From Rotaria socialis (taxonomy: Eukaryota): a DNA stretch of 64,000 bases. The stretch lies in the NCBI GenBank assembly GCA_905331295.1, contig CAJNYD010000360.1, positions 1 through 64,000 of the forward strand. The letters run 5' to 3'. The first letter of the stretch is position 1. Each line of letters begins with the position of its first letter. Positions 1-11,644 of the stretch are shown in pieces. A model generated the notes under the pieces. It was not told the origin of the DNA. It ran no database searches and was given only the letters and a program-made list of their open reading frames with translations. The position numbers and the translations under genes are program-made.

Positions 1-168
1 ATTCCGGAATTGAATCGGAATTGATAAACGGAATTCCGGGAATTAGATGGAATTGGTCGGCAGTGATTCCGGGAATTCCGGAATTCTGTTGGAAGTGATA
101 AATGGAATTTCGGGAATTAGAGGGAATTGGTTCCGTGAGCGGAACTGGTTCCAGAATGTTCAACATTG
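1..168. repeat. GGAATT/AATTCC-rich degenerate repeat, probably the subterminal array and end of a TIR element cut by the window edge
   Basis: Many GGAATT/ATTCC units ending at ...CCAGAATGTTCAACATTG; the other end is not visible. Confidence 0.5.
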
Positions 169-2344
169 CGGAATAGGATGTATTCTCGGCAAGTAATATT
201 CGATTTTAAATCATTCGGCAGAAAAAAACTTATCGACTAGATAATACAAAAATACTTGTATACTGATTCGAAATTCCTTAGTAATGAAAGCAAAACTATA
301 ACGCGCTCCTAATAAATATTCTTATTAGAAACAAGCATTGACTTACTATATCTGATGATCATAAATTTAGGATTATAGTTGTATCTTGCAAGCATCGAAA
401 TAAAACATTTCGCGTAAAAGCAACAAGAAATGAAACAATATCTACGGTTTGTCTTAAATGAAAACAAATTAATCGAAAAAACTATAATTTGTACTGTTCC
501 TGTATTTGGCTCAATAATGCTATCAGATGAAAGAAACGATTTTGATAAAGACTTTAACTTCAACTGAAATATGGATAAATCCTGAATTTCACTGATCATA
601 GTGCCAATGATTCATCGCATGCTTTCCTCTCAACTTAGCTGCTCTTGATATTCTTAAAATAATTTTGATTTGAAAACGAATCTTCGTTCTCAAAACTATC
701 TGAAGTGAACATTAAAGAAAGTGATTCCTACGATAAAGTGATCCTTATCTATCACAGTGTTTGAGAGTTTACTTCATGATATTTATTTAAAAAAAACGAT
801 TTTTCATCGAGAGAACAGAAATTCGTTTTCAGACACTTTAGTTATTAGTGTTAAATATGAATCCTTTTTGAAATTTTTTTCATACAATAATTATTTGATT
901 TAAAGGGATAATGACTCATATTAGTTTTACAATTGCTGTTGCAAATTATCAGAGAGTATGATACTAACTATTGGAATAGTTCTTTAACAATTGAACTTGG
1001 TGTTGACTGATGCATGGCCAACGATTCGGTTGTTTACTTCATATATTGTAAATAATTAATCAGTTATTTTGTGAATTTTCATCGTCACATCGATTCGTGG
1101 TGTTAAAAATGTGCCACGCCTGCCAAACAACTAGATTTTGCGGCGACTTTTTGTCAAAATAATCTTATCGCTCACTTAACACAACTTCTATAAAAGAATC
1201 GAATACCATGCCCAAAAACAAAGCTTTTTGAAACTAGAACTTAGCATTATGTACTAGTGTATCTTAACAGGTATAGCTGCATATTTTCAATCAAATTATA
1301 GGATTGTAACCTTTCTATTGACAATTTCAGAAATTTGAGATTGAATGTAGAATAATAAATCCACCAAAACTAAAGATAAAATAATCTATGCATAGTTGTA
1401 GAATACTGAACGCTTCTAGATTGATTGCAGCACGATGTATTTTGTCATACCAACATCTACTATTTTAGTTTTCATATATTCTCACACGCAGGTATCTATC
1501 AACTCATAAGCACAATAGCAGGGTCACTAGATAAATCCACCATGACACATCGAATAATAAACACTTAAGGCGACTCAGAATTTAAGCTTTTTCTAGCTTC
1601 CAAAGTAGTGAATCGTTGTGTTAAAAATGTAAATTGCACTGCTAAAATGCGTGTAAAATAAACATTGCGATGGAAACATAAAATACTGAAACTTGAAATA
1701 TTGATCATACAATTTTCTCACTATGATGCATTATTGATGCAATAAATAGTTTTTGGCTCGTAATTCTTGAAGAATTAGCGAAATCTCAATAAACGTTTTA
1801 AAAGTCGATGTGCTCTTCTCAAGTATCGAGGGAACTTATTATACAAGTGATTCCTATAGTGTACACCAATCTATCCTCCACCATATAAGAATGAACCCTC
1901 ACAGGTATTATGATAAACGCTTCTACTGAAAATGGAGAATAAGCAACCATTGATCGTAGAATAATAAACCCTTTTGATGACCTCGTATACTGGTATACCC
2001 TCAACGATATTATAATAAACGCTTTTTCAGAAAGTGAAGAATAATCAACCCTTTTGATGACATCGCCTACTGGTCTGCCATCAAGGGTATTATAGTAAAC
2101 GCTTTTTCTGAAAATGGAGAATAATCTACCCAGGTCGTTCCTACCCGGCCGTACACCAATCATTTACGTTGAAAAACGGCATTCGTTTACAGTGGCCGTT
2201 TACGACAGACATATACGAAGTTTTACGAGGTATTACGTTAATGGTAAACAGTGAACGTAAACGTTCGACTTTTACAACTACTGTGAAAATACAGTGACTG
2301 TAAACGACATTCAGAATGTGCGATAACACGGGGAAACAAACTGA

Positions 2345-2756
2345 TTTCAATAGGCGAAATTAATCGAAATCGCATGAAATCGGACGAAATCATCGAAACC
2401 AGTAGAAATCATGAATATCATTGGAAATCATCAGAAAACAAAAGGGATTATTTGAAATAGCTAAAAATCATTCCAAATCATTTCAAACGATCTGAAAGGT
2501 TTCAAGTAAATTAGCCTGATTTCACATGATTTCTTTGATTTCTTAAACTGTCTGTCGATTCCCACAAAATCCGTATGATTTTTGATCATTTCTAATTATT
2601 TCTACTGATTTCTCATGATTTCTACTGAATTTTGAGAACTTTTTGGCGCCATTGAAAATCCTGAGGGTGTGGATGTGGGTGGATCTGGGTAAAACCGCTA
2701 TTTTCCGTTAATCCACATTCGGACTCCCACACCCACAACCACGCCCTCAAGATTTT
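2345..2756. repeat. Two adjacent small inverted-repeat elements (about 2345-2655 and 2655-2756)
   Basis: CAGTAGAAATCATGA (~2400) pairs with TCATGATTTCTACTG (~2613); AAAATCCTGAGGGTGTGGATGTGGGTG pairs with CACCCACAACCACGCCCTCAAGATTTT. Confidence 0.6.
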
Positions 2757-3024
2757 TCTTCACTTTTAGTTATTGAGTTCAGGGATAGATTTAAAATCCG
2801 AAAGCTGAAATCAGATTTATCTTCGATATATTTTCGACGAATCTTCGTTTCGCGTCTTTCCCGATTCAAGTTAAGTAGCATGTCCACAATTCAGTTTGTC
2901 TTGCGGTTCTCCTCAAATCCCTGGTCATCTTCCAGCTAATTCCTAGTCTCCTAGAAACCACTCGTACTTTAAGTCGAAAGGTAATGTTTTTTTTTTATAA
3001 ATGTAATGATTCTAAAACCAAGTG

Positions 3025-3468
3025 GAACCTTTTTGAAATTTTTTTGGAATCGGAATGAAATCCATATCAAATCCAAATGAAATCTCGTTGTAATATAAAC
3101 GAAATCTTTTTGAAATCCTTTTGAAATCTATTTCAAATCCCATTTGTATCTTTTTTAAATCTAAATGAAATCCGTTTCAAATCCAAATAAAACTTTTTTA
3201 AATCCAAATGAAATCCGTTTCAAATCTAAACGAAATCTTTTTGAAATACAAATAAAATCTGTTTGAAATCTTAATGACATCCATTTCAAATCCCATTTAA
3301 ATCTTTTTGAAATGTAAATGAAATTCATTTCAAATCTAAATGAAATCTTATTGAAATCGAAATGAAATCTTTTTGAAATGTAAATGAAATCCATTTCAAA
3401 TCGAAATGAAATCTTTTTGAAATCCAAAATAGAATCGTTTTGAAATCCGAATGAAATCTGTTTGATTT
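3025..3468. repeat. Degenerate minisatellite built from AAATC..AATGAAATC / TTTTTGAAAT units
   Basis: Visible tandem periodicity; produces the repetitive spurious ORF 3161..3427. Confidence 0.85.
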
Positions 3469-4257
3469 GCAGGTGAAATTATCGAGAATAACGAACGGAA
3501 AACGGCCGTTTACTTCGATGTACGGTAGTCGTGGTGGTCGTAAACGGCTGTATATGTTAAGATACGGCGATTCTCGTTGTCGTAAACTGTCGTTTCGTTC
3601 AAAATACGACCGTGTCACGGCACTGTTTTTAACGTTTACGGTAGTTGGGTTTCACCGTTTACGTCACGGTGGGTTACAGCCGTAATACGGGGCATACCAA
3701 ACGGGTTATTTACGGCCCGTATACGGTCGTAACTCTGACGGTTACGGCCGTTTACGGCCACTATAATGCTCGTCCTGGGTACCCTCATTGGTATTCTGAT
3801 AAACGTTTCTGTCGAGAATGTAGAATAATCAACCATTGATCGTAGAATAATAAACCCTTTTGATGGCCTCGTATATTGGTATACCCTCAACGATATTATA
3901 ATAAACGCTTTTTCTGAAAGTGGAGAATAATCAACCCCTAGCCGTAGAATAAGATTTGTTTTGCATGAATTGTATAATAATCTACCCCTGATTGTTGTAT
4001 AATAAACTGATTTTGGAAATGCGTATATTGATATAGACCTATCCGTTTATTAATAAACACTTTCAACAAAATTATGAAACAAAAAACCCTTAAAGCAGTT
4101 TCACATACCCTTTTTAAATTCATATACCCTTACGATAACAAACCCTTCGACTCATATACCCTTCATAGGGTATATGACATGCGCATAAACCCTTCAAGGG
4201 TTTATAGAAAAAAAATCAATGGCAAGCGTTCATTATTCTGCCCTTTTTTTTACAGTG

Positions 4258-5022
4258 TAGACGGACTAGAAAGTCATTGATGGACTCATCGGATTTTTGA
4301 ATACATTTGTGTCACTCTTGTTCTAGCTGAGCGAGTCGTAACGGTGAACTAAATTGTTCTAGGAAGAGAGTGTGAAAGACGTCCGAGTGGATAGGGGGAT
4401 TATTACTAGTGATAATTTGTGTGTACCATTCGAGAGCATTGCCTCGTATAAATTGACCAATATTCTGAAAAAGTATTTCCTTATCCCATCCAAAGGAGGA
4501 ATTCGTATATGGATGGAGTTGTAAAAGAAAGGGGCGTGGTTTTTCGTCGGCTTTGCCGGAGAAAAAGGGGGCAAGAGTGGGTGGTTGAATAATGAAAGGT
4601 GTTCGAGGAGGAAGTGTGAGCGATGGTTCGTGTGGAGAAGAAGGAATCAAACAGGGCCGAGAAGAAGCAAAATGGTTGGAAGGTGGTGAGGGAGATGTGA
4701 TAGGGGTAGAAGCAAGAAGAGCAGTTAGCGTGGCACGAAGTTCAGCGGTTAGCTCGGATATTTGTGTGGAAACAGAGAGATGAGACTCCTTAATCTGGGT
4801 ATCCAGCTGCTGAATTGCAGTATCCAGGTGTTGAAATTTAAGTTCATGAGCAGTGGAGAGAGTCTGTACTTGATCGGTGAAACGCTGTTCAAGTTCAGTG
4901 ACTTAAGATTGTAGAGTAGTGAACGTACTCTCGAGATTAGTGGTGCGTGTGATTTCAGTTCGGAATCCATCACTGAGGCTCGTGAGACAATCTTTTAGTT
5001 TTTGTCCGTCGGAGTCAGCCAT
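4258..5022 (-). pseudogene. Ty3/gypsy-type gag pseudogene, 3'-truncated
   Basis: ATG at 5022 (MADSDGQKLK), coiled-coil N-terminus, P/S-rich linker, then capsid-like PFFSGKADEKPRPFL...IRGNALEWY...FLEQF...Q.SDESINDFLVRL. In-frame stops at 4905-4903 (TAA) and 4314-4312 (TGA). Confidence 0.8.
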
Positions 5023-5164
5023 GATCGTAGGAGTAATCAATTATAGTATTAGGAAAAATGGAGATAATTAGTAGAAGAAAATGAGGAAATGTGATGCGGG
5101 TATTTACCGTGATGCGAGGAAAATTTGGAGTTGGGTAAAGACGGAAGATTCAAAAAGTTCGATT

Positions 5165-5254
5165 GATGTGATCGCCACGTGTGACGGAACGACTTGTTCG
5201 TTCCTCCTTTTATTCAGAATGAATGCTTTTTCGAGTAACAACGCTGATACGAAT
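5165..5254 (-). mobile_element. 3' end of the 5' LTR plus primer-binding site of the gag element
   Basis: Minus strand reads AATAAA...CCGTCACA|CG|TGGCGATCACATC: LTR end CA at 5180, 2-nt spacer, TGG-initiated PBS resembling tRNA-Arg 3' ends. The rest of the LTR lies in the N gap. Confidence 0.7.
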
Positions 5255-5704
5255 NNNNNNNNNNNNNNNNNNNNNNNNNNNNNNNNNNNNNNNNNNNNNN
5301 NNNNNNNNNNNNNNNNNNNNNNNNNNNNNNNNNNNNNNNNNNNNNNNNNNNNNNNNNNNNNNNNNNNNNNNNNNNNNNNNNNNNNNNNNNNNNNNNNNNN
5401 NNNNNNNNNNNNNNNNNNNNNNNNNNNNNNNNNNNNNNNNNNNNNNNNNNNNNNNNNNNNNNNNNNNNNNNNNNNNNNNNNNNNNNNNNNNNNNNNNNNN
5501 NNNNNNNNNNNNNNNNNNNNNNNNNNNNNNNNNNNNNNNNNNNNNNNNNNNNNNNNNNNNNNNNNNNNNNNNNNNNNNNNNNNNNNNNNNNNNNNNNNNN
5601 NNNNNNNNNNNNNNNNNNNNNNNNNNNNNNNNNNNNNNNNNNNNNNNNNNNNNNNNNNNNNNNNNNNNNNNNNNNNNNNNNNNNNNNNNNNNNNNNNNNN
5701 NNNN
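5255..5704. other. Assembly gap (450 N)
   Basis: Run of N. Confidence 1.
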
Positions 5705-6273
5705 ACGAAACATCGCCTGAAAAACGTCTCAAAATGCACAAAAACTGCATCCAGAAATCAAATTGCCTAGTTTCTCATGATAATTTTGGTGTTCAGACAT
5801 TCTAGAATGACTCATATGTCCCATGCACTTTTTGGCAGTACACATAACTCTCGGATGAAATCCGAAGTTTCCACATTTATTTAGTTTAAAATTTGAATAA
5901 CAATTTGCTTCTTGGCTGAACGAAAATAGGATTTCACTTTGTATCGATTTAGGAGAATTATTTTTAGTGCATTATTTGTCATTCTAAATTCTAAAAGTAA
6001 TCATCAACTGTCTAGAAAAGACCTTCTATGGTTATGGAACAGTAATCAGAACTTTTTTTTATTTTCCTATTGAAGTCTCATTCATAAGAATTCCTAACTT
6101 TTTTAAATAGTCCATGTTGTTCTCGCGAATAGAAAAAAAGAAAAACATCAGTTTGTATTAAACAAATATCGGAGTACAATACACTTTATCAACGAGAATA
6201 ATTAATTATATATGTTAGCGCATGGAACAATGAAAAACAAACAAAAAAACTCGAAAGAAATATAATTTTTTTT

Positions 6274-8174
6274 TCAAGTAAAACTATTTGGAGTTGATGA
6301 CGATGATGACGATTGACGATGGTCATCATCATTACTCAGACGCGTCGTGTTCGTTGTCGACGATGCATCTTGCTTCTCTCGTTTAATATTGAGTGATATG
6401 GCTTTATCTTCGTTTTTACTTATGTCATTTAAACTTTGCAATTTATTATCTTTTTTCCATTTCATTCGACTGAAGAGAAAAACAAAAATCTATCATCAGA
6501 ATTTACTTTTTTTCTTAAATTTTTACATACCGGTTTTGAAACCAAATCTAGCAAATTAAAAAAAGATTTTTTAATAAAACAAAACTATTTTTTAGATTAA
6601 TTTACTTTAATTTGTCGTTCCGTCAAATTAAGACTATGTGCAATTTCAATTCTACGTCTTCGTGATAAATATCTAACATAGAAAATATTTAAAGTAAATA
6701 AGAAAAATTTTCAATCAAAAAAAAAATAAATGCAAACCGATTAAAATGAAATTCTTTTTCTAATTCAAGTGTTTGATATCTTGAATATGATGTCCGTGTC
6801 CGTTTCGTTTCGCCAATATGTGGATCTAAAATCGCGTGTTAAAATTCATAGATCATTATTTTTGTTTGCATATCATCAGATAAAATAAGAAACGAAATTC
6901 GAGTAAAAAAGACATTAATCTCACACGCACTTGACATTGCATAGTTTCTCTCGACATTGGACTTCCTGAATATATACATACGCCGATATGTTTGATGCCT
7001 TTTCTTTTTCTTCTTTTCACTATTGTTCTATTTAGTCTCATCGATTACATGACCATTAGAACCATCTGTTGAGTCTTTGACAATGAGTCGGCATCATCTT
7101 GTATGCGTGTGTTTCCTTTTCTCGTATCTTTTGTCCCAATCAGATTGCAAAGCAAACGTCGTATATATATACGTATGTATATACAAAGTCATTTATTCAT
7201 TCGTCCCGACCAGAACGAACCCATAAATCTCCTCTCACGCGCTAGAGAACGACATAAATAGCCCATAAAAAAAAGATTGTGTGTATGTGGTAAAATTGTC
7301 GATGTTAGAATATAAACAAAAAAGAAGGAAGAAACTAACGACGAATAGAATTTCACATGTTTCTCTTTTCTCCTCGTCGGCAGTGTTGCAATTTTCAACG
7401 AAAGATATACAAAAGCAACTCACCACAAGTAGTATGCATACGTCTCATCCAAGGATAAATATTTTGTTGTTGATTTGCCTGTTGTTGTTGTTGTTGTTGT
7501 TGTTGCTGCTGTAGTTGTTGCTGTAGTTGCTGTTGTTGTTGTGGATCGATTGACATTGAAAATGAATCCGATGGTTTCAATATGGGCTGTTGAGGATGTG
7601 GATACGATATATAAGAATTCATGAATGAATGATGTTGATGTTGATGTAAATTGTTTGATGTCAATGTTGAACTAAAACCATGATTAGATACAACTGTATC
7701 AGGTCCGAGACCTGTTGTTGGCGTAATATTTGTGTATGGATAGTCAAAAGCATTAACAAACTGTCCAGTTGACATATTTGTATAATAATTTCCGGCAAGA
7801 TTGGGATCATTTTGTCGATAGTTTAAAAAATGTCGTACAAGTGGATCATGATTAAAATGTGATGGCGATGTTGATACTGAACCAACAACATCAAATGGAT
7901 TCGCTTGTTGAGTAGATGATAAACATAGTGGGAAATCAGCATTATTTATATAGGATGGATTTGTATCAAAGGAATTATTAATAGTAGTAGTAGTAGTAGT
8001 TCCTTGTATTGTATTCTCATCAGATGATGTACTATTACTACTATTATTATTATTATTATTATTATTGCTGCTATTTGATGTTGAAAATAAATGATGATAG
8101 CCTAATGATGACGGTGTTGACAATACATTAGAAGCAGCAGCAATAGCAGCAGAAGTGCTAGAGAAGGTAGCCAT
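6274..8174 (-). CDS. Hox5: Hox gene, paralog group 5 (Scr-like); exons 8174-7424, 6825-6738, 6672-6606, 6547-6531, 6469-6274
   Basis: Hexapeptide IYPWMRR. Spliced homeodomain [63 protein letters not shown]. All four GT-AG junctions are phase-consistent. GETKR.RTSY arm and KKDNKL flank point to PG5; Hox identity is firmer than the paralog assignment. Confidence 0.88.
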
Positions 8175-9543
8175 TTGTCCGGTAATTGAGTGCGCACACG
8201 GGACTTTAACGACGTTAATAGCAGCGATAATCGGTATTGACGAACATCGTTTTGTGAGTTTAATGGGAGTACATAGAAGAAAGAGAAAATGGTAATTGAG
8301 AAGGAATTAGATAGACCAGATGAGATGATTAAAAGTCAGTCAATTCAATGGTCGATGATATTCTTTGTATCAGTAATGGTGCAATCAACTCAAGATAATG
8401 GTCGTTTGCAACCCTATATAAATGACTTTAACTGAATAGCAATAACGAGTCATTGCTCGCTGACTTTCTTTCCTTTTTTTTCTCTTAGCTTTTCTTTTTT
8501 TCCCTATGCAGCCATCGCTCTCGATGGCGATAGGTTGAATATATGATTTTGTCGAACGCATTTAGTCCAATCAAAAAGTCATTTATTTATACATGATGGG
8601 TAAATGAGATGAATAAAAGCTAAGTATAGTTTTTTTTTTCTATTGCAAGAATATACATTTGTGCCATATCATTTATACAATCAGTAGGCACAATGATGAA
8701 TAATTGCGTAAATGCTATATACATTGACATGATTAGCAAAATCTGTCTGTGTGTATAAGTACTTTTGTTTTTAAATATTTAATCCTTTCATATATGCAAT
8801 AGGTTTTTTTTGTGTTTATTTTTATTTTCTTTCAGTAGCTACACGTCCATAGGAAACTATTATCTTGGAAATGTTTACATCGAATAAAGTATTGTAGATA
8901 GAAGGCAGAGAAATTTTCGGAAGCCATCAGTGCCTATTGTTAAAAAAGAATTTTTTTTCAAGGGAAACAACTGCTACACCGTTTATTGCTGCTGGCGCAT
9001 CGCTCATAGAAGAGATAAAAAAAAAAGAAGAAGTAACGAGTAATCGAAAAGTAACTTGATAGATCAAATATATAATAATCTGTTTTTTATATAAATTTTA
9101 TTCATCCATTTATATATATGTATATAAATAAAGAAGCAGAGTAAATTTTATTGACCCACGAAAAAAAGAGGAAAAAATCACTAGTAGTAATAATATAGTT
9201 CAAGAAGAAAAAAATTCTATCATCATGAAAAAAATACAGACAGATGTACCTCCATTGACGTACAAAAGAAATTTATCAATTGATACAAACAAAATTTTTT
9301 TTTCAAAAACAACAACAGCTAACCGAACTATATTCTAATTTCAATCATATTCTTTCAAAATTACTCGACTCAAACATTCGAATGCGTGATGAACAAAAAA
9401 TACGAAACAAGAAGAATTAATACACTTTAACACATATAGACTGATACAAAAAAAAGTTAGAAAAAGGGGAGAAAGCAAAAAAATTTCATCTGACTAATTA
9501 TTTCCTATCTGCCATTTCTCAACAACTCGAATCTTCTTATACA

Positions 9544-9576
<33 letters not shown>

Positions 9577-9608
9577 TCAGAAGAGAAAGAAAAAAACAAA
9601 AGAAATAA

Positions 9609-11644
9609 TTAGTAATCGCCATAGAAATCACTTTCGAAATCGTTATTTTGTCGTTGATGATGATATTGTGGTAACAATAAATTTCCATGTCCAAAAGGTT
9701 TTTTTATTGTACGTTTAGCTCGAACAGTTAAACGTGGATTATAAGTCGAAGGTCGATTATGCCATTCATGCTCATTATGAACAATACTAAAATTTCAAGA
9801 TTATTTTTTTCTTCGAGAAATTTTCAAATAAAACTTACCTTAACATATTAACAACTGTTTGAAGTGAATTAAGAATTGAAATTGGTGTCATAGCTTCAAC
9901 TTCTGCATAAAAGAAAAGAAATAGTTTGTTTAGGTCTCTTTACAAATGCTCTCAAAGTAGATAATACTTCTGCAAGAATGTGTTGTTTTTACTAACCTGT
10001 ATATAATCTAAATGCTTCCATTTCATCACAGAATCTTGTAAGTTTAAATGGATCATGTGCACGTTCACGAGCGACCATTAAATCATCGATACACATTGTT
10101 AAACTGTAATTTGAATACCAAATTTCTATAAAACTTTTGATATAATCAACAAGTGAGTCATTGCCAACGATTAATTCTGAGTATTCTTCAGGCTCGAAAT
10201 GGAATCCTATTGAAAAGAAAAAAATTAAGATCTTAATTTTCTATTATAAAAATAAACAAACGAACCTTCTATAAGTAATAATCGAACAATAGTTGTATTA
10301 TGTCGCATTTCAAATTCATGTACATTTGTGATATTTTCACTCAGTGAAACAAGTACATCGTCAGGCGTTTCTCGAAATTTTTTTAAGCAAGATGCTTTAA
10401 GAAATAATCGTACAATACGATTCATTAATTTACGATCGAATGATCGATCGCCTAAACGACCAATTAATACATCAAGTAATTCACCGTAACCATATGCTGG
10501 TTTGATTGCAAAACATTCAAATGTATGTGCAATCAATGTCTGATGAATGTCTAAATGCGAATGTTTTTGTTTTTGTTTCATTTCTTATTATTAACAAAAT
10601 TCGAGATCAAAATTATACCTGCTCCTAAATAACAAACACGATTTTTCCATAAAACATTCCATAATTCATCAGCAACAGACTCAACTGGTAACATTAATTT
10701 AATTAAACGTAGGCCAAGAAAAATTGCAACATCAGTTAAATAATTTGTTGCATTTACAAGAATATCATGAGAGACATCTTCAATAGAAACTAATTCCATT
10801 AGTTCTTCTTGTATGGGTAATGACCATGTGCCTAAACAAGCAAAATATTAATAAAAACAACCAACTAACGCTTGGATAGGATATACTTACATGCACGAAG
10901 TAGATCACTAAGCTTACTAGCTAATGAAGCAATAGCTTTACCAGTAACTGATCGTGATGGTTTAATCATAGTATCGTCTTCAAGTAAAGCACAAGGAATA
11001 GGTGAAAGTCGTTTTGTATTTGAATTGTCTGAGGTCGATCCTAGGTCATTGCCGCTTGAATGTGTTGCGTTTGTTGTCGATGATGGTGGTGGTGAACTTG
11101 CATTTGATGTTGTTGCTGTACTTGTTGTTATTACTGTTAGTGGCGATGGAGCAGATACAGGCATCGTTGATGTCGATGGAGCCATTTTACCAGGCATCAT
11201 TTGTGCTTGACTGATCGTTTGTCCATTTGGACGCATATAAAATGGTAAAGGTGAAGCAAGTTGTTGTTGAAAAAATGCTCCACCAGGTGATGTTGGTGGT
11301 GCTGTAGCTGCCATGAAAAATGCTGATGGTGTCGTTTGAAATGGATGATGTTGCATGGACGAGTCACTGTTATTCGTATTATTACCAACAAGCATTTGAT
11401 GATGTTGCTGTAGATGGCGATAAGGTGACATGGAAGATTGATGTGCAGCATGTTGCATCATTAGTGATTGATGTTGTTGTTGGACAGCAGCTAAATTTGG
11501 ATCGAAAAACATAGCTGCAGCAGCGTCCGACGGCATTGTTATATAAAATGTTTGAACACCAGTCATTGGACTTGATGGGACCATTGGACATGCTGGCATT
11601 AATCGTATGGGACTTGGGCAATAATTACTTGGCATTGAATACAT
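9609..11644 (-). CDS. Divergent roquin-like protein (HEPN-ROQ-HEPN module only) with low-complexity N-terminus; exons 11644-10891, 10831-10619, 10550-10266, 10206-9997, 9902-9839, 9786-9609
   Basis: Phase-consistent splicing. Colinear motifs against roquin-1 as recalled: LWNVLWKNRVCYLGA ~ LWAAVRARGCQFLGP; IVRLFLKASCLK ~ VVQLLYRASCFK; HNTTIVRLLLIEGFHFEPEEYSELIVGN ~ [43 protein letters not shown] ~ ELTIALQRTGDPANL. Confidence 0.78.

Larger units (their letters stand above)
2129..3779. mobile_element. CCCAGG-terminated TIR element (MITE) flanked by TA, nested in the previous element
   Basis: TA|CCCAGGTCG at 2127-2137 and CGTCCTGGG|TA at 3771-3781; TTTACG/CGTAAA-rich subterminal regions on both sides. 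Confidence 0.65.
1890..4257. mobile_element. Non-autonomous element with internal tandem subrepeats and a CACTGTAAAAAA-type terminus, inserted at TA in the gag pseudogene; left end not found
   Basis: Block ATAATAAACCCTTTTGATG..CTCGTATA.TGGTATACCCTCAACGATATTATAATAAACGCTTTTTC occurs at about 1961-2050 and 3848-3937. Terminus TTTTTTTACAGTG|TA at 4257-4259 coincides with the point where gag homology stops. Confidence 0.55.

Noticed and set aside
190..1800. Possible decayed hAT transposase (DTNYWNS near 960)
   Set aside because: One weak motif with stops in all frames; unsupported.
3025..3468. Periodic repeat resembling a CRISPR array or repeat protein
   Set aside because: No unique spacers, no cas genes, eukaryotic context; a simple minisatellite.
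4312..4905. RIP- or methylation-like mutation signature from TGG>TGA and CAA>TAA stops (also in the TRPA pseudogene)
   Set aside because: Too few sites; nonsense changes are intrinsically biased to these transitions and ancestral codons are only inferred.
5081..5770. Long ORFs in the ORF track
   Set aside because: Artifacts of the 450-N gap.
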